A DNA stretch of 64,000 bases from positions 33,232,001 through 33,296,000 of the forward strand of contig CAIIXF020000001.1 in NCBI GenBank assembly GCA_903813345.2, written 5' to 3'. Under the pieces are notes generated by a model that had not been told where the DNA came from, searched no databases, and saw only the letters and a program-made list of their open reading frames with translations. The DNA comes from Owenia fusiformis (taxonomy: Eukaryota). How positions within the stretch are numbered: position 1 is the first letter of the stretch; every line of letters starts with the position of its first letter. A program made the position numbers and the translations under genes. This document shows positions 12,772-25,669 of this stretch, piece by piece.

Positions 12772-13725
12772 TTAACCTCTCTACTGATATTGCTTGCATA
12801 CCTCAATAAAACTAAACTCTTCTAATCCCCTAATGTAAACACGGCGGTATACGTAGTCCAATTTATCGGAGACTTTAAAAAAAACGGCTTCACAGTTGCT
12901 TTTAAAACTTTAAAATCTTGTTCAGCTCACTTCATTCTACATCTGGTTAGGTTTTGGACCTGTTAGCTCAGTCATGTCAACCATTTTGAATGTCTTAAGA
13001 AAAGTTAGCGCGTGATAATACTTTTAATCATATTGAATGGTGTTTTTGAGTTTTCATACTTTAACTATTCAGTAGCTTTATAAATAATTTCAGATGTACT
13101 TTGTTGTAAAAGCCTATGTTATTGTTAACAGTAGTTATATGTGATAATTTTGTAAAAAGAAATCAGCAAAAACTCAGAAGGACTTTTTTATTGTCGGCCA
13201 TTTTGGATTTTTCTCTCCTAAAATCTTGTCTATGAAGTCTTGTCTGCGCGTTTTCAGGTGAACCGGTTGGTGGATCAATTTCAAATTTTCAGGGATGACT
13301 CGTAGTATAAAAATCTAGATCTCATTATTAGTTTTTTGGCATTCTGGGTAAATGTCAAGGCAGCCATTTTGGATTTTCCGTCCTAAAATCTTGTCTGTAA
13401 AGTCTTGTCTACGCATTTTCAGGTGAACCATTTGGTAGATCAATTTCAAATTTTCAGGGATGATTGTTATAATGTAGAACTGATTAGTTTTTTAGCATTC
13501 TGGGTAAATGTCAAGGCAGCCATTTTGGATTTTCCATCCTAAAATCTTATCTGTAAAGTCTTGTCTACGCGTTTTCAGGTGAACCATTTGGTAGATCAAT
13601 TTCAAACTTTCAGATATGATTCTTAGCATGAAAATCTAGATCTGATTAGTTTTTAGGCATTCTGGATAAATGTCAAGGCAGGCATTTTGGATTTTCCATC
13701 TTAAAATCTTGCCTGTAAAGTTTTT

Positions 13726-15274
13726 ATGTCCCCACCACATAGTGTGGGGCCATATTGTCGTCCTAGTTATTATGTCCCCACCACATAGTGTGGGGCCATA
13801 TTGTCGTCCTAGGCGCGTCCGTCCGTCCGTCCGTCCGTCTGTCTGTCTGGTTGTCTGTCTGTCTGTCCGTCCGTACGTCCGGCAGTTTTCTCCAAAACCG
13901 CTACAGGTATCACCTTCAAATTTTCAGAAATAACTTGTGAGTGCATACAGATGTGGATGAAAAAAAAATTAACTCGATAGCTACTTCCTGTCGGCCATTT
14001 TGAGGTCAAATGCTAAAATCCTTGTCTGCAAACTTTAAGAAAAACGGTTTCACAGTTGCTTTTAAAACTTTAACATCTTGTTCAGCTCACTTCATTCTAC
14101 ATCTGATTAGGTTTTGGACCTGTTAGCCCAGTCATGTCAGCCATTTTGAATGTCTGAAGAAAAGTTAGCGCGCGATAATACTTTGTATCATATTGAATGG
14201 TGTTTTTGAGTTTTCATACTTTAACTATTTAGTAGCTTTATAAATAATTCCAGGTGTACTTTGTTGAAAAAGCCTATGTTATTGTTAACAGTAGTTATAT
14301 GTGATAATTTTGTAAAAGGAAATCAGCAAAAACTCGTAATCACTTTTTTATTGTCGGCCATTTTGGTTTTTTTCCGTCCTAAAATCTTGTCTGTAAAGTC
14401 TTGTCTACACGTTTTCAGGTGAACCGTTTGGTAGATCAATTTCAAATTTTCAGGGATGAATCTTAGTATGAAAATCTAGATCTGATTAGTTTTTTGGCCT
14501 TCTGGGTAAATGTCAAGGCAGCCATTTTGGATTTTCCGTCCTTAAATCTTGTTTGTAAAGTCTTGTCTACGCATTTCCAGGTGAACCGTTTGGTAGATCA
14601 ATTTCAAATTTTCAGGGATGATTCTTAGTATGAAAATCTAGATCTGATTAGTTTTTTTGGCGTTCTGGGTAAATGTCAAGGCAGCCATTTTGGATTTTCC
14701 GTCCCAAAATCTTGTCTGTAAAGTCTTGTCTACGCATTTCCAGGTGAACCGTTTGTTAGATCAATTTCAAATTTTCAGGGATGATTCTTAGTATGAAAAC
14801 CTAGATCTGATTAGTTTTTTGGCATTCTGGGTAAATGTCAAGGTAGCCATTTTGGATTTTCTGTCCTAAAATCTTGTCTGTAAAGTCTTGTCTACGCGTT
14901 TTCAGGTGAACCAAATGGTAGATCAATTTCAAATTTTCAGGGATGATTCTTAGTATGAAAATCTAAAACTGATTAGTTTTTTGACATTCTGGGTAAATGT
15001 CAAGGCAGCCATTTTGGATTTTCCATCCTAAAATTTTGTCTGTAAAGTCTTGTTTAACTGTTTGACGGATCAATTTCAAATTTTCAGGGGTGGTTCTTAG
15101 TATGAAAATCTAGAACTAGCTAATTTTGGGGGATTCTGGGTAAATTTTAAGGCGGTCATTTTGGACTTTCCGTCCTCAAATTGTGTCAGTAAAGTCTTGT
15201 CTACTCATTTTCAGGATGACCATTTCATGGGATCACCCATTGGTGGGGACATATTGTACACATTTGTGTTCTTG
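13726..15274 (+). mobile_element. HINE family A (inner complete copy) with duplicated 5' terminus
   Basis: Both subTIRs, (GTCC/GTCT)n and about 6 units of 162 bp. Inserted within a repeat unit of the outer copy. 5' end present at both 13726 and 13772. Confidence 0.9.
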
Positions 15275-16309
15275 TGTCTACATGTTTTTAGGTGAACCGT
15301 TTGGTAGATCAATTTCAAATTTTCAGGGATGATTTTAAGTATGAAAATCTACATCCAATTAGTTTTTTTTGCATTCTGTGTAAATGTCAAGGCAGCCATT
15401 TTGGATTTTCTGTCCTAAAATCTTGTCTGTTAAGTCTTGTCTACATGTTTTCAGGTGAACCGTTTGGTAGATCAATTTCATATTTTCAGGGATGATTCTT
15501 AGTATGAAAATCTACATCTGATTAGTTTTTTTTTGCATTCTGCGTAAATGTTTAGGCAGCCATTTTCGATTTTCTGTCCTAAAATCTTGTCTGTAAAGTC
15601 TTGTCTACCCGTTTTCAGGTGAAACGTTTGGTAGATCAATTTCATATTTTCAGGGATGATTCTTAGTATGAAAATCTAGAAACAGATTTAAGTTTTTTTG
15701 ACATTCTGGGTAAATGTCAAGGCAGCCATTTCGGATTTTCCATCCTATAATCTTGTCTGTAAAGTCTTGTTTACATGTTTTCTGGTTAACTGTGTGACGG
15801 ATCAATTTCAAATTTTCAGGGGTGGTTCTTAGTATGAAAATCTAGAACTGACTAAATTTTTGGCATTCTGGGTAAATTTTAAGGTGACCATATTGTATTT
15901 TCCGTCCTGAAATTGTTTTGGTAAAGTCTTGTCTACTCATTTTCAGGATAACCATTTGACAGGATCACCCATTGGTGGGGACATTTTGTACACATTTGTG
16001 TTCTTGTTTACACTTGAATATCATTCGAATTTGTCAATGTTTGTTCAAGTTCATTTTTTCTAGAAAAGGCGGTCTTGACTTCTGGATTATTCCCCTAACT
16101 GATGCCAGGTGTCGGAGGAGCATTCGATTGGTTGCGCATTCCAAGGACAGAATTATCCACACCGTTCCAGTAACTGGTACTCACCGAGTTAACCACCTAA
16201 TGATCGACCATCACAAATTGAGTTTTTAAGCTAAATGATGCAGGAGAAACCCCGCTGGAGCCCAGGTGGCTCTTTAATCTATGTGTACAACCTGGCTTTT
16301 CTAATTCTC

Positions 16310-17723
16310 ATTTTCTGCAATGCAATGAAGTATTTCATGGTTGCAAACCATCAAATGCAATGAAGTACAGTCAAGATGTTTAGTCGAAGACTGGAGGTTG
16401 AACTTACAAAATATAAAGTTGATCTCCTATTTTACCGACAACAGTCAAATAAAAGTAAAGCATATTTGTTTAACAAAAAAATTTTGTTTCTAGGGTTATT
16501 AACTTAATAATTCATAATAGAAATTAATTTAATAGATAAAGGAACAAAAGTATATAAAGTTGTGATTTTGATGAATATCAGAATCACTAATCATAATAAT
16601 TTGGTTATCTAATTAACATTTATTAATAAAGATATTTCATGTAAAAAATACTTTTTGAACATGGTCTTTCATTGTATTTCACTGCATTGCAAGAAAGACC
16701 ATTGCATTTAATTGCATATCATGATCAATCATTTTATTTCATTGCATTTCATGGTTAAACATGGTATTTCATTGCATTTCATGATCCATTTCAACTCTAA
16801 CCAATTTTAAACTTAACACTCTTCTAGAGTTCTTTTTAGCAATGTTATACCATGGTATAACCTTGGTATTTCATGGTCAGGTTTGACAATGAAATGCTAT
16901 GAAATACAATCAACTACGAAATGCAATGATATGCCATGATAAATGATAGTTATGATTATGGCAATGAAATACCATGGTATGACCATAGTATTTGATGTCC
17001 AGGTTTGACAATAAAATGCCATGAAATACCACCAACTATGAAATGCAATGATAAAACCATGATAAATGAGAGTTATGATTTTGGCAATGAAATGACATGC
17101 CATGACCATGGTAATTGATTGTCACATGGTACAATGAAATGCCATGAAATGTCATCAACCATGATATACTATGGTAATACCATGGTAAATGATGGTCAGG
17201 TACATAACAATAAAATATCATGGTATGACCATGGCATTTGATTGTCACATCGTACAATGAAATACCATCAACCGTGATATACAATGGTAATACCATGGTA
17301 AATGATGGTCAGGAACATGGCAATGAAATACCATGGTATGACCATGGTATTTGATTGTCACATCTTATAATGAAATGCCATCAACCAAAATTATGGTCAG
17401 GAACATGGCATTGAAATACCATGGTATTTGATTGTCACATCATACAATGAAATGCCATGAAATGCAATCAACCATGATATACCATGGTAATACCATGGTA
17501 AATGATGGTCAGGAACATGGCAATGAAATACCATGATAATACCATGGTATTTGATGGTTAACTTTGAACATGAAATACCATGAAACATGGTACCATGGTT
17601 AAAAATTGATCAAAAAACATCATTGCCACCATGGTCAGAGTTGATGGTAATTTCATTGCCGATCATGATAGACCATGGTAAACCATGGTATACCATGGTA
17701 TCATGGTTTACGTTTAAACATGG
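16310..17723. repeat. CCATGG / ATTGCATTTCATG-rich complex tandem repeat, probably a MITE remnant
   Basis: Dense ACCATGGT palindromes and recurring blocks of 100-180 bp. Confidence 0.7.
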
Positions 17724-17725
17724 TT

Positions 17726-18793
17726 ATCCCATCGAACAAAGTTCGGAGGGATATAGGGAACGCCTCCGTACATCCGTCTGTACGTACGTCCGTATGTCCA
17801 TCCGTCCGTCCGTAGGTCCGTCCGTAGGTCCGTCCGTCTGTCTGTCCGTCCGTCCGGGCAATAACTCAAATACGGTTGGCCAGATTTTGTTCATATTTTG
17901 TACACATATACCCTATGGGGTTAGAAGTTCTGCTCGAAAGCCGATTTTCAAAATGGCCGCTCATTTCAAAATGGCGGCCATTTTAGTGACGATTTTACAG
18001 TAATTTAGGTGCAATATGTAAAACTGTAATAGCAATATGTAAAACTGTAATAGCAATATGTTTTAAATGTAAAAAAATTATAAAGGACATTAATAATGCT
18101 ACAAATGTAGATATTAAAGAAGCACATGGCAGCCATCTTGAAAAATGGCGGCCTTTACTCATCATTTTATGATTTTTGCTGTAACTCAAAAAGTAGTGGA
18201 GCGATTTTGTTCATATTTGGTATGTGGATACTATAAGCATTGCACACTGTCTAAAGACACTTTTGGTAGAAGGCGGCCATTTTTCAAAATGGCCACCATT
18301 TTAACGTATTTTACTATAACTCGAAAAGTAGTGGAGCGATTTTGTTCATATTTGGTATGTGAATACTATAAGTATGGCACACTGTCGTATGACACTTTTG
18401 GTAGAAGGCGGCCATTTTGAAAACAATTTTGAAAAAACATATTTTACTATAATTCGAAAAGTAGTGGATCGATTTTGTTCATAATTGATATGTGAATACT
18501 TTAAGCATGGCACATTGTCTAATAAAACTTTAGGGAGTAGTCGGCCATTTTGAAAAATGGCCACCATTTTTATGTGTGTTATTTTACAAGGATGTGTGCG
18601 ATTTTTCAAAAATTTAAGAGGTGGCTACTTAAAAGCATATTATTTCTTCTGATGACAACTTGGCTAGTGAGCAACCATTTTGAAAATGGTGGCCTTTCGG
18701 TGTGTTGTTATGATATTTGCGCTTCGTTTGTAAAAATGCCAGCCATTTCTGTTCGATGGGATTCGCTACGCTTTGGCGTTGCCGTTGTTCTGG
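17726..18793 (+). mobile_element. HINE family B, complete copy
   Basis: subTIR ATCCCATCGAAC / GTTCGATGGGAT, GTCC microsatellite, ~135 bp units, 3' hairpin + CTGG. Confidence 0.9.
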
Positions 18794-18869
18794 TTACACT
18801 AGCTATAATAAGCATAATATGTTTTGTTCGGTAGGATTTGCTACTCCGTAGAGTTGCTGTTTTTCTAGT

Positions 18870-20046
18870 TTCAGGTGTACTTTTCTGTAAAAGCCTATGT
18901 TATTGTTAACAGTAGTTATATGTGATAAGTCAGCAAAAACTAATAATCACTTTTTTATTGTCCGCTATTTTGGATTTTTCCATCCTAAAATCTTGTCTGT
19001 AAAGTCTTGTCTGCGTGTTTTCAGGTGAACCATTTGGCAGATCAATTTCAAATTTTCAGGGATGATTCTAAGTATGAAAATCTCGATCTGCTTTGTTTTT
19101 GGGCATTCTGGGTAAATGTCAAGGCAGCCATTTTGGATTTTTTGTCCTAAAATCTTGTCTGTAAAGTCTTGTCTACGCGTTTTCAGGTGAACCATTTGGT
19201 AGATCAATTTCAAATTTTAAGGTATGATTCTTAGTATGAAAATCTAGAACTGATTAGTTTTTTGGCATTCTGGGTAAATGTCAAGGCAGCCATTTTGGAT
19301 TTTCCGTCCTAAAATCTTGCCTGTAAAGTCTTGTCTATGTGTTTTCAGGTGAACTAATTGGTAGATCAATTTCAAATTTTCAGGGATGATTCCTTATATT
19401 AAAATCTAGAACTGATTAGTTTTTTGGCATTCTGGATAAATGTCAGGGCAGCCATTTTGGATTTTCCGTCCTAAAATCTTGTCTGTAAAGTCTTGTCTAC
19501 ATGTTTTCAGGTGAACCATTTTGTAGATCAATTTCAAATTTTTAGGTTGATTCTCTGTATGAAAATCTAGGTCTGATTAGTTTTTTGGCATTCTGGGTAA
19601 ATGTCAAGGCAGCCATTTTGGATTTTTTGTCCTAAAATCTTGTCTGTAAAGTCTTGTCTACGCATTTTCAGGTGAACCGTTTGGTAGATCAATTTCAAAT
19701 TTTCAGGGATGATTCTTAGTATGAAAATCTAGAACTGATTAGTTTTAAGACATTCTGGGCAAATGTCAAGGCAGCCGTTTTGGATTTTTCCGTCTTAAAA
19801 CCTTGTCTTTAAAGTCTGGTTTACGCGTTTTCTGGTTTACTGTTTGACGGATCAATTTCAAATTTTCAGTGATGGTTTTAGTATGAAAATCTAGATCTGA
19901 TTAGTTTTTCGGCATTCTGGGTAAATTTTAAGGTGGCCATTTGCATTTTCCGTCCCAAAATTGTAACGGGAAAGTCTTGTCTACTCATTTTCAGCCATTT
20001 GACGGGATCACCCATTGAGGGGGACATGTACACATTTGAGTTCTTG
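18870..20046 (+). mobile_element. HINE family A, 5'-truncated, preceded by an orphan B-like 3' end (about 18822-18868)
   Basis: 162 bp units. 3' end GGGGACAT + ACACATTTGAGT + CTTG. Confidence 0.85.
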
Positions 20047-21079
20047 TCACCTCTTATATTTAAAATACACTTATTTTCATTTTCAGTCAATATGGTACAA
20101 CGAAAATGGGACTTCTGCGCATGTTAAAATTTTTCGTCAAAACTCAACTTTTGTTCAAGTTGATACGATTGTCTTTCGAACTAGAGACTTACCTCATTCG
20201 AAAGATCATAAAAGACTTTATCTATACTGAAAATCTTAGATCCAAACATAGTAGAATACGCCGTCAGTCCGCATTTGATTTTTTGAAGTGAGTTTCGTAG
20301 ATCGTCAGATTTCTCCGACTGATATCGGGTTATCTCAAACTGGTTCGTTTATAAATACGAATTTGTTTACCGTTGTAAGGCGCATGCGCAAAATTGATTT
20401 ATAAACCTTATTGGTTGATGGTTTTTCTCCTGCGCATGCGTGAAGTCTGATGAACACTTATGACGAAGACCGGAGCAAACATTACTAGCTCTTGAACGAA
20501 ATTCCAAAAAAATTCAGGTCATTTCACCGTGTTTGCTAAGCGTGTATACGTGAATGACAAGCTGTTTTGAGTAGATCGGGTACCTGTTTTAGACACAACA
20601 TTGATTTAGCTTGACATTGATGTGCACATTTGGCACTTTTGAGCATGTTAATACAAGTTTTTACACTCTTAGCACGAGACGGGTTTTCGAAAAATCTGTT
20701 ATCTGATTCACTCGATTATCGTATGGATATGTATTTCTGCTGACATTTCAACACCACATCACATAGAATTACGATGCAGAATGATAATAAAACACAAAAC
20801 AACTACTAAATTCCACTTGTTATTTCACAGGAGGTAAAAATGCAAACTGCCTAGATTCTTTGTAAGGGTCGTCAGACATCGGATTGGCCGCCATATTTGA
20901 AATGAAAATATCACTAAATAAAGGTCTGGGCATGTGTCAACATTTCGACTGTTTTTATTTGAATTAACCACATTTCCGTTTTCATTTTTATTCAAGGTCC
21001 AATTATAACTCATTGGCAATGTAAGGCTATCAGAAGGTTCTAGTTTCCTGATCGCTGCACCCTTGGCAAACCATTGTTT

Positions 21080-21240
21080 CACGGATTATCTGGGCATTGT
21101 TTTATGAGATGCATTTCACTTTTACATATAAAACACATCCGGTTATGCTGACACTCTGAAAACACATGACCCCATTCGCCGTAATTTTGACAAGCAATCT
21201 CGTATTTACCCCTCTATCCCCTAGGTTTCCATCCCTGTGG
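21080..21240 (-). pseudogene. Gag nucleocapsid with two CCHC zinc knuckles (degenerate)
   Basis: Minus strand reads CQNYGEWGHVFSEC-QHNRM-CFICKSEMHLIKQC, with nearby in-frame stops. Confidence 0.8.
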
Positions 21241-21242
21241 AT

Positions 21243-22300
21243 TATAAGCTCACATGGTGAGCTTTTGCAATCGTTCACTTGTCCGTCTGTCTGTCCGTCA
21301 ACAAAAGTGGCACGTTTTAAAACCTCTGTCCATAGGATTCCTGTTTTAAGATATTTCTGTTCAGCATTAATACAGAAAACTCCCCTATGACTCCTGGTTC
21401 AAAAGCTCGCCTATTTTCAAAATGGCCGCCATTTTTGTCTCGCAAAGTTCACTTTTGACCCATTTCCTAGCTTTAGAAATAATTTCAGGTGTCCTACATT
21501 GTAAAAATCGTATGAAATCATAATGTATGAAATAATTTTGTTACGAAAAATCAGCGAAAAATTATTTCCATTTTTTTATTTTCAGCCATTTTAGTTAACA
21601 TTGATTTGTCCATCTGTCTCGCAAAATCCACTTTTGGACCATTTGCCTTAAACCCTCTGTTGATAGGATTTCTGTTTAACATCAATATGACTCCTGGTTC
21701 AAAAGCTCGCCTATTTTCAAAATGGTCGCCATTCTGGTCTTGCGAAATTTACTTTTGGCCTATTTCCTAGCTTTACAAATAATTTCAGCTGTCCTGCATT
21801 GTAAAAAGCCATGTCACTGTAAAGAGTAGTTGTATGAAATAATTTTGTTACAAAGATCAGCAAAATATTATATCCGTTTTTTATTTTCAGCCATTTTAGT
21901 TAACATTGATTTGTCCATCTGTCTCTCAGTCAGTCCAAAAAAGTTGCAAGTTTTAAAACCTCTAGCGTCTGTCAACACTTGGCTCTTTTTAAATCCTCTA
22001 GATAGGATTCCCGATTTAAAATATTTTTGTTCAACATCAATAAAGAAGAAAAACTGTGACTCCTGCTTTAAAATCTCACCTTTTTTTAAAATGGCCACCA
22101 TTTTTGTCTCGGGAAATTCACTTTTGGCCCATTTCCTAGCTTTACAAATAAGTTCAGGTGTCCTGCATTGTAAAAAGCCATGTCTTTGTGAAGAGTAGTT
22201 GTATGAAATAATTTTGTCACAAAAAATCTGCAAAAAATTATATCCGTTTTTTTTTCACTTTTGAGCAACACCATGTGAGCCCAGTACCCACGGTACTAAT
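21243..22300 (+). mobile_element. HINE family E with ~300-370 bp units
   Basis: subTIR GCTCACATGGTG / CACCATGTGAGC, GTCY microsatellite, 3' hairpin AGTACCCACGGTACT, T-run. Confidence 0.85.
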
Positions 22301-22699
22301 TTTTTTGTGAGCTTGCATTGGAAAACGTGTTTCTTTTGATTATGTAAATGGCTGTGCTACACAATTATTTTGGGGGTTGTAATACACTGGTGGTCAGGGG
22401 ACATACATATTTGCTGACTGCATTATCTGCCCGTGTGGCATCATTTGATTAACCGATCCCTAACCTTGAATTACCTGATCTTGACCTATTTGTTGCAATT
22501 TACGCTCAATTCTGTCTAACCTGTTATCCGTATTTTGATCAAGTGAGGCCTGCTTTATCGCATTCAAATAACCTGCGCCTTTCCGACTTTCATGAAAATT
22601 TCATATTTGACTCGTCATCCTATCTGTTACATTGTGAAACAATTTTAAATTGTGTTGAGAAATCATTGAAACTAGAACTTCCGTCATAAATACCGATCT

Positions 22700-24577
22700 T
22701 TGCGTCCTTTCTTTCCGTCCATCCATCCAGGCAATAACTCAAATACCGTTGGCCCCATTTTGTACACATATACCCAATGGGAGTAGAAGTTCTGCTCGAT
22801 AACTGATTTTCAAAATGGCCGCTCATTTAAAAATGGTGGCCATTTTAGTGCCGATTTTACAGTAGTTTAGGTACTGCATATAAAACTGTAATAGCAATAT
22901 GTTTTAAATGTAAAAAGGTTATATAGGACATTGATTTAGCTAGAAATGTAAATACAGAAGAAATACATGGCAGTCATCTTGAAAAAGGGCTGCCTTTGCA
23001 CATCATTTTGTGATTTTTGCTGTAACTTGAAAAGTAGTGAAGCGATTTTGTTCATATTTGGTATGTGAATACTTTAAGCATGGCACAATGTCTAATGACA
23101 TTTTTGGGTAGTAGGTGGCCATTTTGAAAAACGGCCGCCATTTTACGCCATTTTTTTACTTGTGTTATTTTACATTTTTTACTATCTCAAAAAGTAGAAG
23201 AGCAATTTTGTTCATATTTTATATGTGAATACTATAAGCATGGCGCACTGTCTAATGACACTTTGGGTAGTAGGCGGCCATTTTGAAAAATGGCCACCAT
23301 TTTTTATGTTTTTACTATAACTTGAAAAGTACCCAAGTGAAAAAAACAGCTTGCCATACTACTCTAATAAACCACTTATAGACTACTAATACTCAACTAG
23401 TAGAACATGATCTTTTAGTGATTTGTTAGTGGTCATTTTTGTTAACAGATCACTTTTTGCCATTGATGTAACAGGTGATTTATTAGTTGAAAAAATTACC
23501 ATGCAAATGAGGTAAAGTTATTGACCAATCAGAGAGCAGTGTAATACACTACTAGTAAATCACTAGTCATGCTAATACCCTACTTATAGATCACTCTTGA
23601 AGTCTGTAATAAGCCACTAATAGACCACTTCCAGAAGTCTTATATACCACTAATACACCACTACTAGTCTAATAGACAACTAACAAATCACTCCTAAAAT
23701 CTCAGAATTTTATACATTCATAATGTACAAAATCTCTAAAGTGCTAAATTCAGGGAGAAATTATGAATAAGATTCAACATGTACATCTTCTACATACCTT
23801 TATGAATATTCTGAGCAAGATTCAATAAAGTCCATTCACCCCTCTAGTTGTAATGCTACATTTCATTGGAGAATTAATTCCCTCACATTTTAACTATTTC
23901 TGCCATTTAAAAGGGGTTTCTCATTCTAAATCAAGGATCAGTTTAATACACAACTAACAAACCACTCCACCTAAAAAACCTTACAGTGGTTTATTAGCTG
24001 AGTATTGCCAGTTTTAATACATAACTTATAAACCACTTTACTAGATCACTTTTCATGGTGTATTGGTGATCTATTGGTGATGTATTAGTGGTATATTAGA
24101 TTTCTTTTTTACTTGGGTAGTGAAGCGATTTTGTTCATATTTGATACGTGAATACTTATGAGCTTTGCACACTGTCTCATGACGCTTCGCGTAGTTGGTG
24201 CCCATTTTTAAAAATGGTGTCATTTTTACATTTTTTATGTGTGTTATTTTACATTTTTTCAATTCAAAAAGTAATGGAGCGATTTTGTTCATATTTGATA
24301 TGTGAATACTTGTAAGGATTGCATACTGTCTTATGACATTTTGGGTAGTAGGTGGCCATTTTAAAAAATGGCCAGCATTTACATATACATGTATGTGTGT
24401 GCGATTTTTATATGTGGCATATTACTTCTTCAGATGACAACTTTGCTAGTGAGCAACCATTTTGAAAATGGTTGACTTTCTTATGGGTGTTATTTTATGA
24501 TATTTGCTATATATTTTGTCTGTAAAAATGCCAGTTTGATATGATATGCTACACTTTGGTGTTGCCGTTGTTTTGGT
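22700..24577 (+). mobile_element. HINE family B, decayed copy interrupted by a MITE
   Basis: Colinear with 17850-18793. 5' subTIR missing. Confidence 0.8.
23332..24117. mobile_element. MITE with CCC termini and TA TSD (CMC/EnSpm-like)
   Basis: TA|CCCAAGTGAAAAA...TTTTTACTTGGG|TA with CCACTAATA-type subterminal repeats. Removal restores GAAAAGTAGTG of the HINE-B unit. Confidence 0.8.
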
Positions 24578-24579
24578 TC

Positions 24580-25024
24580 GGCTTGAAATCGTTAACCTCT
24601 GGTTTGCGTTGACCTCAGAATATTTGTCTGATAATTAGACAATTGAGTTTGCGGGACACCTGCATTAAGTATTTGTTGGGAATATCCCATGCTTTCATTG
24701 ACCCAGTCACGTAGGCCAAATGGTACGCTAGTGTTTGACACCGCCGGAGGCAAAACTTGCCTTTGAATACCCTCATGAAACTGATTGACATGATTTTTTG
24801 CATTTTTCATCATTTTGCATGCTCATTTGTTCTACCGTTTCATTAAATTGTAACCTCTGTTTCGGTGTTTTCGGACGAGCATCTTGATTTTTTAACCTTT
24901 GTAATTCACCACTGTCTACCTGTTCACCACTAGGCTGTTACAACACATTTTTACCTGACAATTTTGCGGACGCATTTCCCGTAATTTCAGTATTATCCAG
25001 ATCAAGATCAAAGTCGGACTCCAT
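24580..25024 (-). pseudogene. Probable degraded N-terminus of Gag
   Basis: First coding-like stretch after the PBS and leader (MESDFDLDLDNTEITG...), with stops and a frameshift. Assigned by position only. Confidence 0.45.
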
Positions 25025-25304
25025 ACATAGGTTGAGTCAAGGGGCTTTAATGTAGCCAACCCACTATCAGGCGCACCGCCAAAAGATACATCTACATCTT
25101 TACATACCTCAGAAGACCACTACCTCGACCTTTACCTGAAAATTGAGGCAGTGTCACACCCGGTTCTACACCTTCCGAAATACTTTTTTCGCCATTTGTT
25201 TACGCTTTTTTTCACAGATACGAGACGAACACAGTAATAACATTTCTACCTATTTGATAAAAACAGACGCATAGACAAGGGAACCTAATATTATTACACA
25301 ATTT

Positions 25305-25595
25305 ACTCGGACTACCCTAATTTTAGTTGAAATGGAGCACCGAATTGCGCCAAATACCATTAATTAATTACGCTTAAGTATCAACTCTTAAAATTGTTGT
25401 ACGGCCTATACGGAATCGACTACCCTAATTTTAGCCGAAATGGAACATGGAATTGCGCTAATACAACCAACATATAATTTCTAATAAGTTATTACGCTCA
25501 TAATTGACAATGACTGATATCGTTGTACGGCCTATATGGAATGGACTACCCTGTTTTAGCCGAAATGGAACATGGAATTGCGCTAATACAACCAA
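25305..25595 (-). repeat. Three-copy tandem repeat in the LTR element leader
   Basis: GACTACCCT...GAAATGGA...GAATTGCGC at about 25310, 25418 and 25545. Confidence 0.75.
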
Positions 25596-25644
25596 GTAAT
25601 TACATAAATAAAAACAAATCAACCTTGACAAACACACTTTTTAA

Positions 25645-25662
25645 ATCCTGCTGACTGCGCCA
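25645..25662 (-). promoter_or_regulatory. Primer binding site, tRNA-Ser type
   Basis: Minus strand TGGCGCAGTCAGCAGGAT, 7 nt after the LTR end ...GTTACA. Complementary to a tRNA-Ser 3' end plus CCA. Confidence 0.8.
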
Positions 25663-25669
25663 AAATTTA

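Larger units (their letters stand above)
10175..12874. mobile_element. TTAA-flanked Kolobok-like element, 497 bp once nested inserts are removed
   Basis: TTAA TSD at 10171-74 and 12875-78. Removal restores HINE-A as seen intact near 14030. Termini AG...CT with imperfect short TIRs. Confidence 0.7.
9944..16006 (+). mobile_element. HINE family A (outer copy) with ~162 bp tandem units, interrupted twice
   Basis: 5' subTIR ATGTCCCCACCA with partial inverted repeat and GTCY microsatellite. 3' TGGTGGGGACAT + hairpin ACACATTTGTGT + CTTG. Confidence 0.9.

Noticed and set aside
16897..18834. Several 60-140 aa ORFs
   Set aside because: They lie within tandem repeats and HINE units and show no protein motifs.
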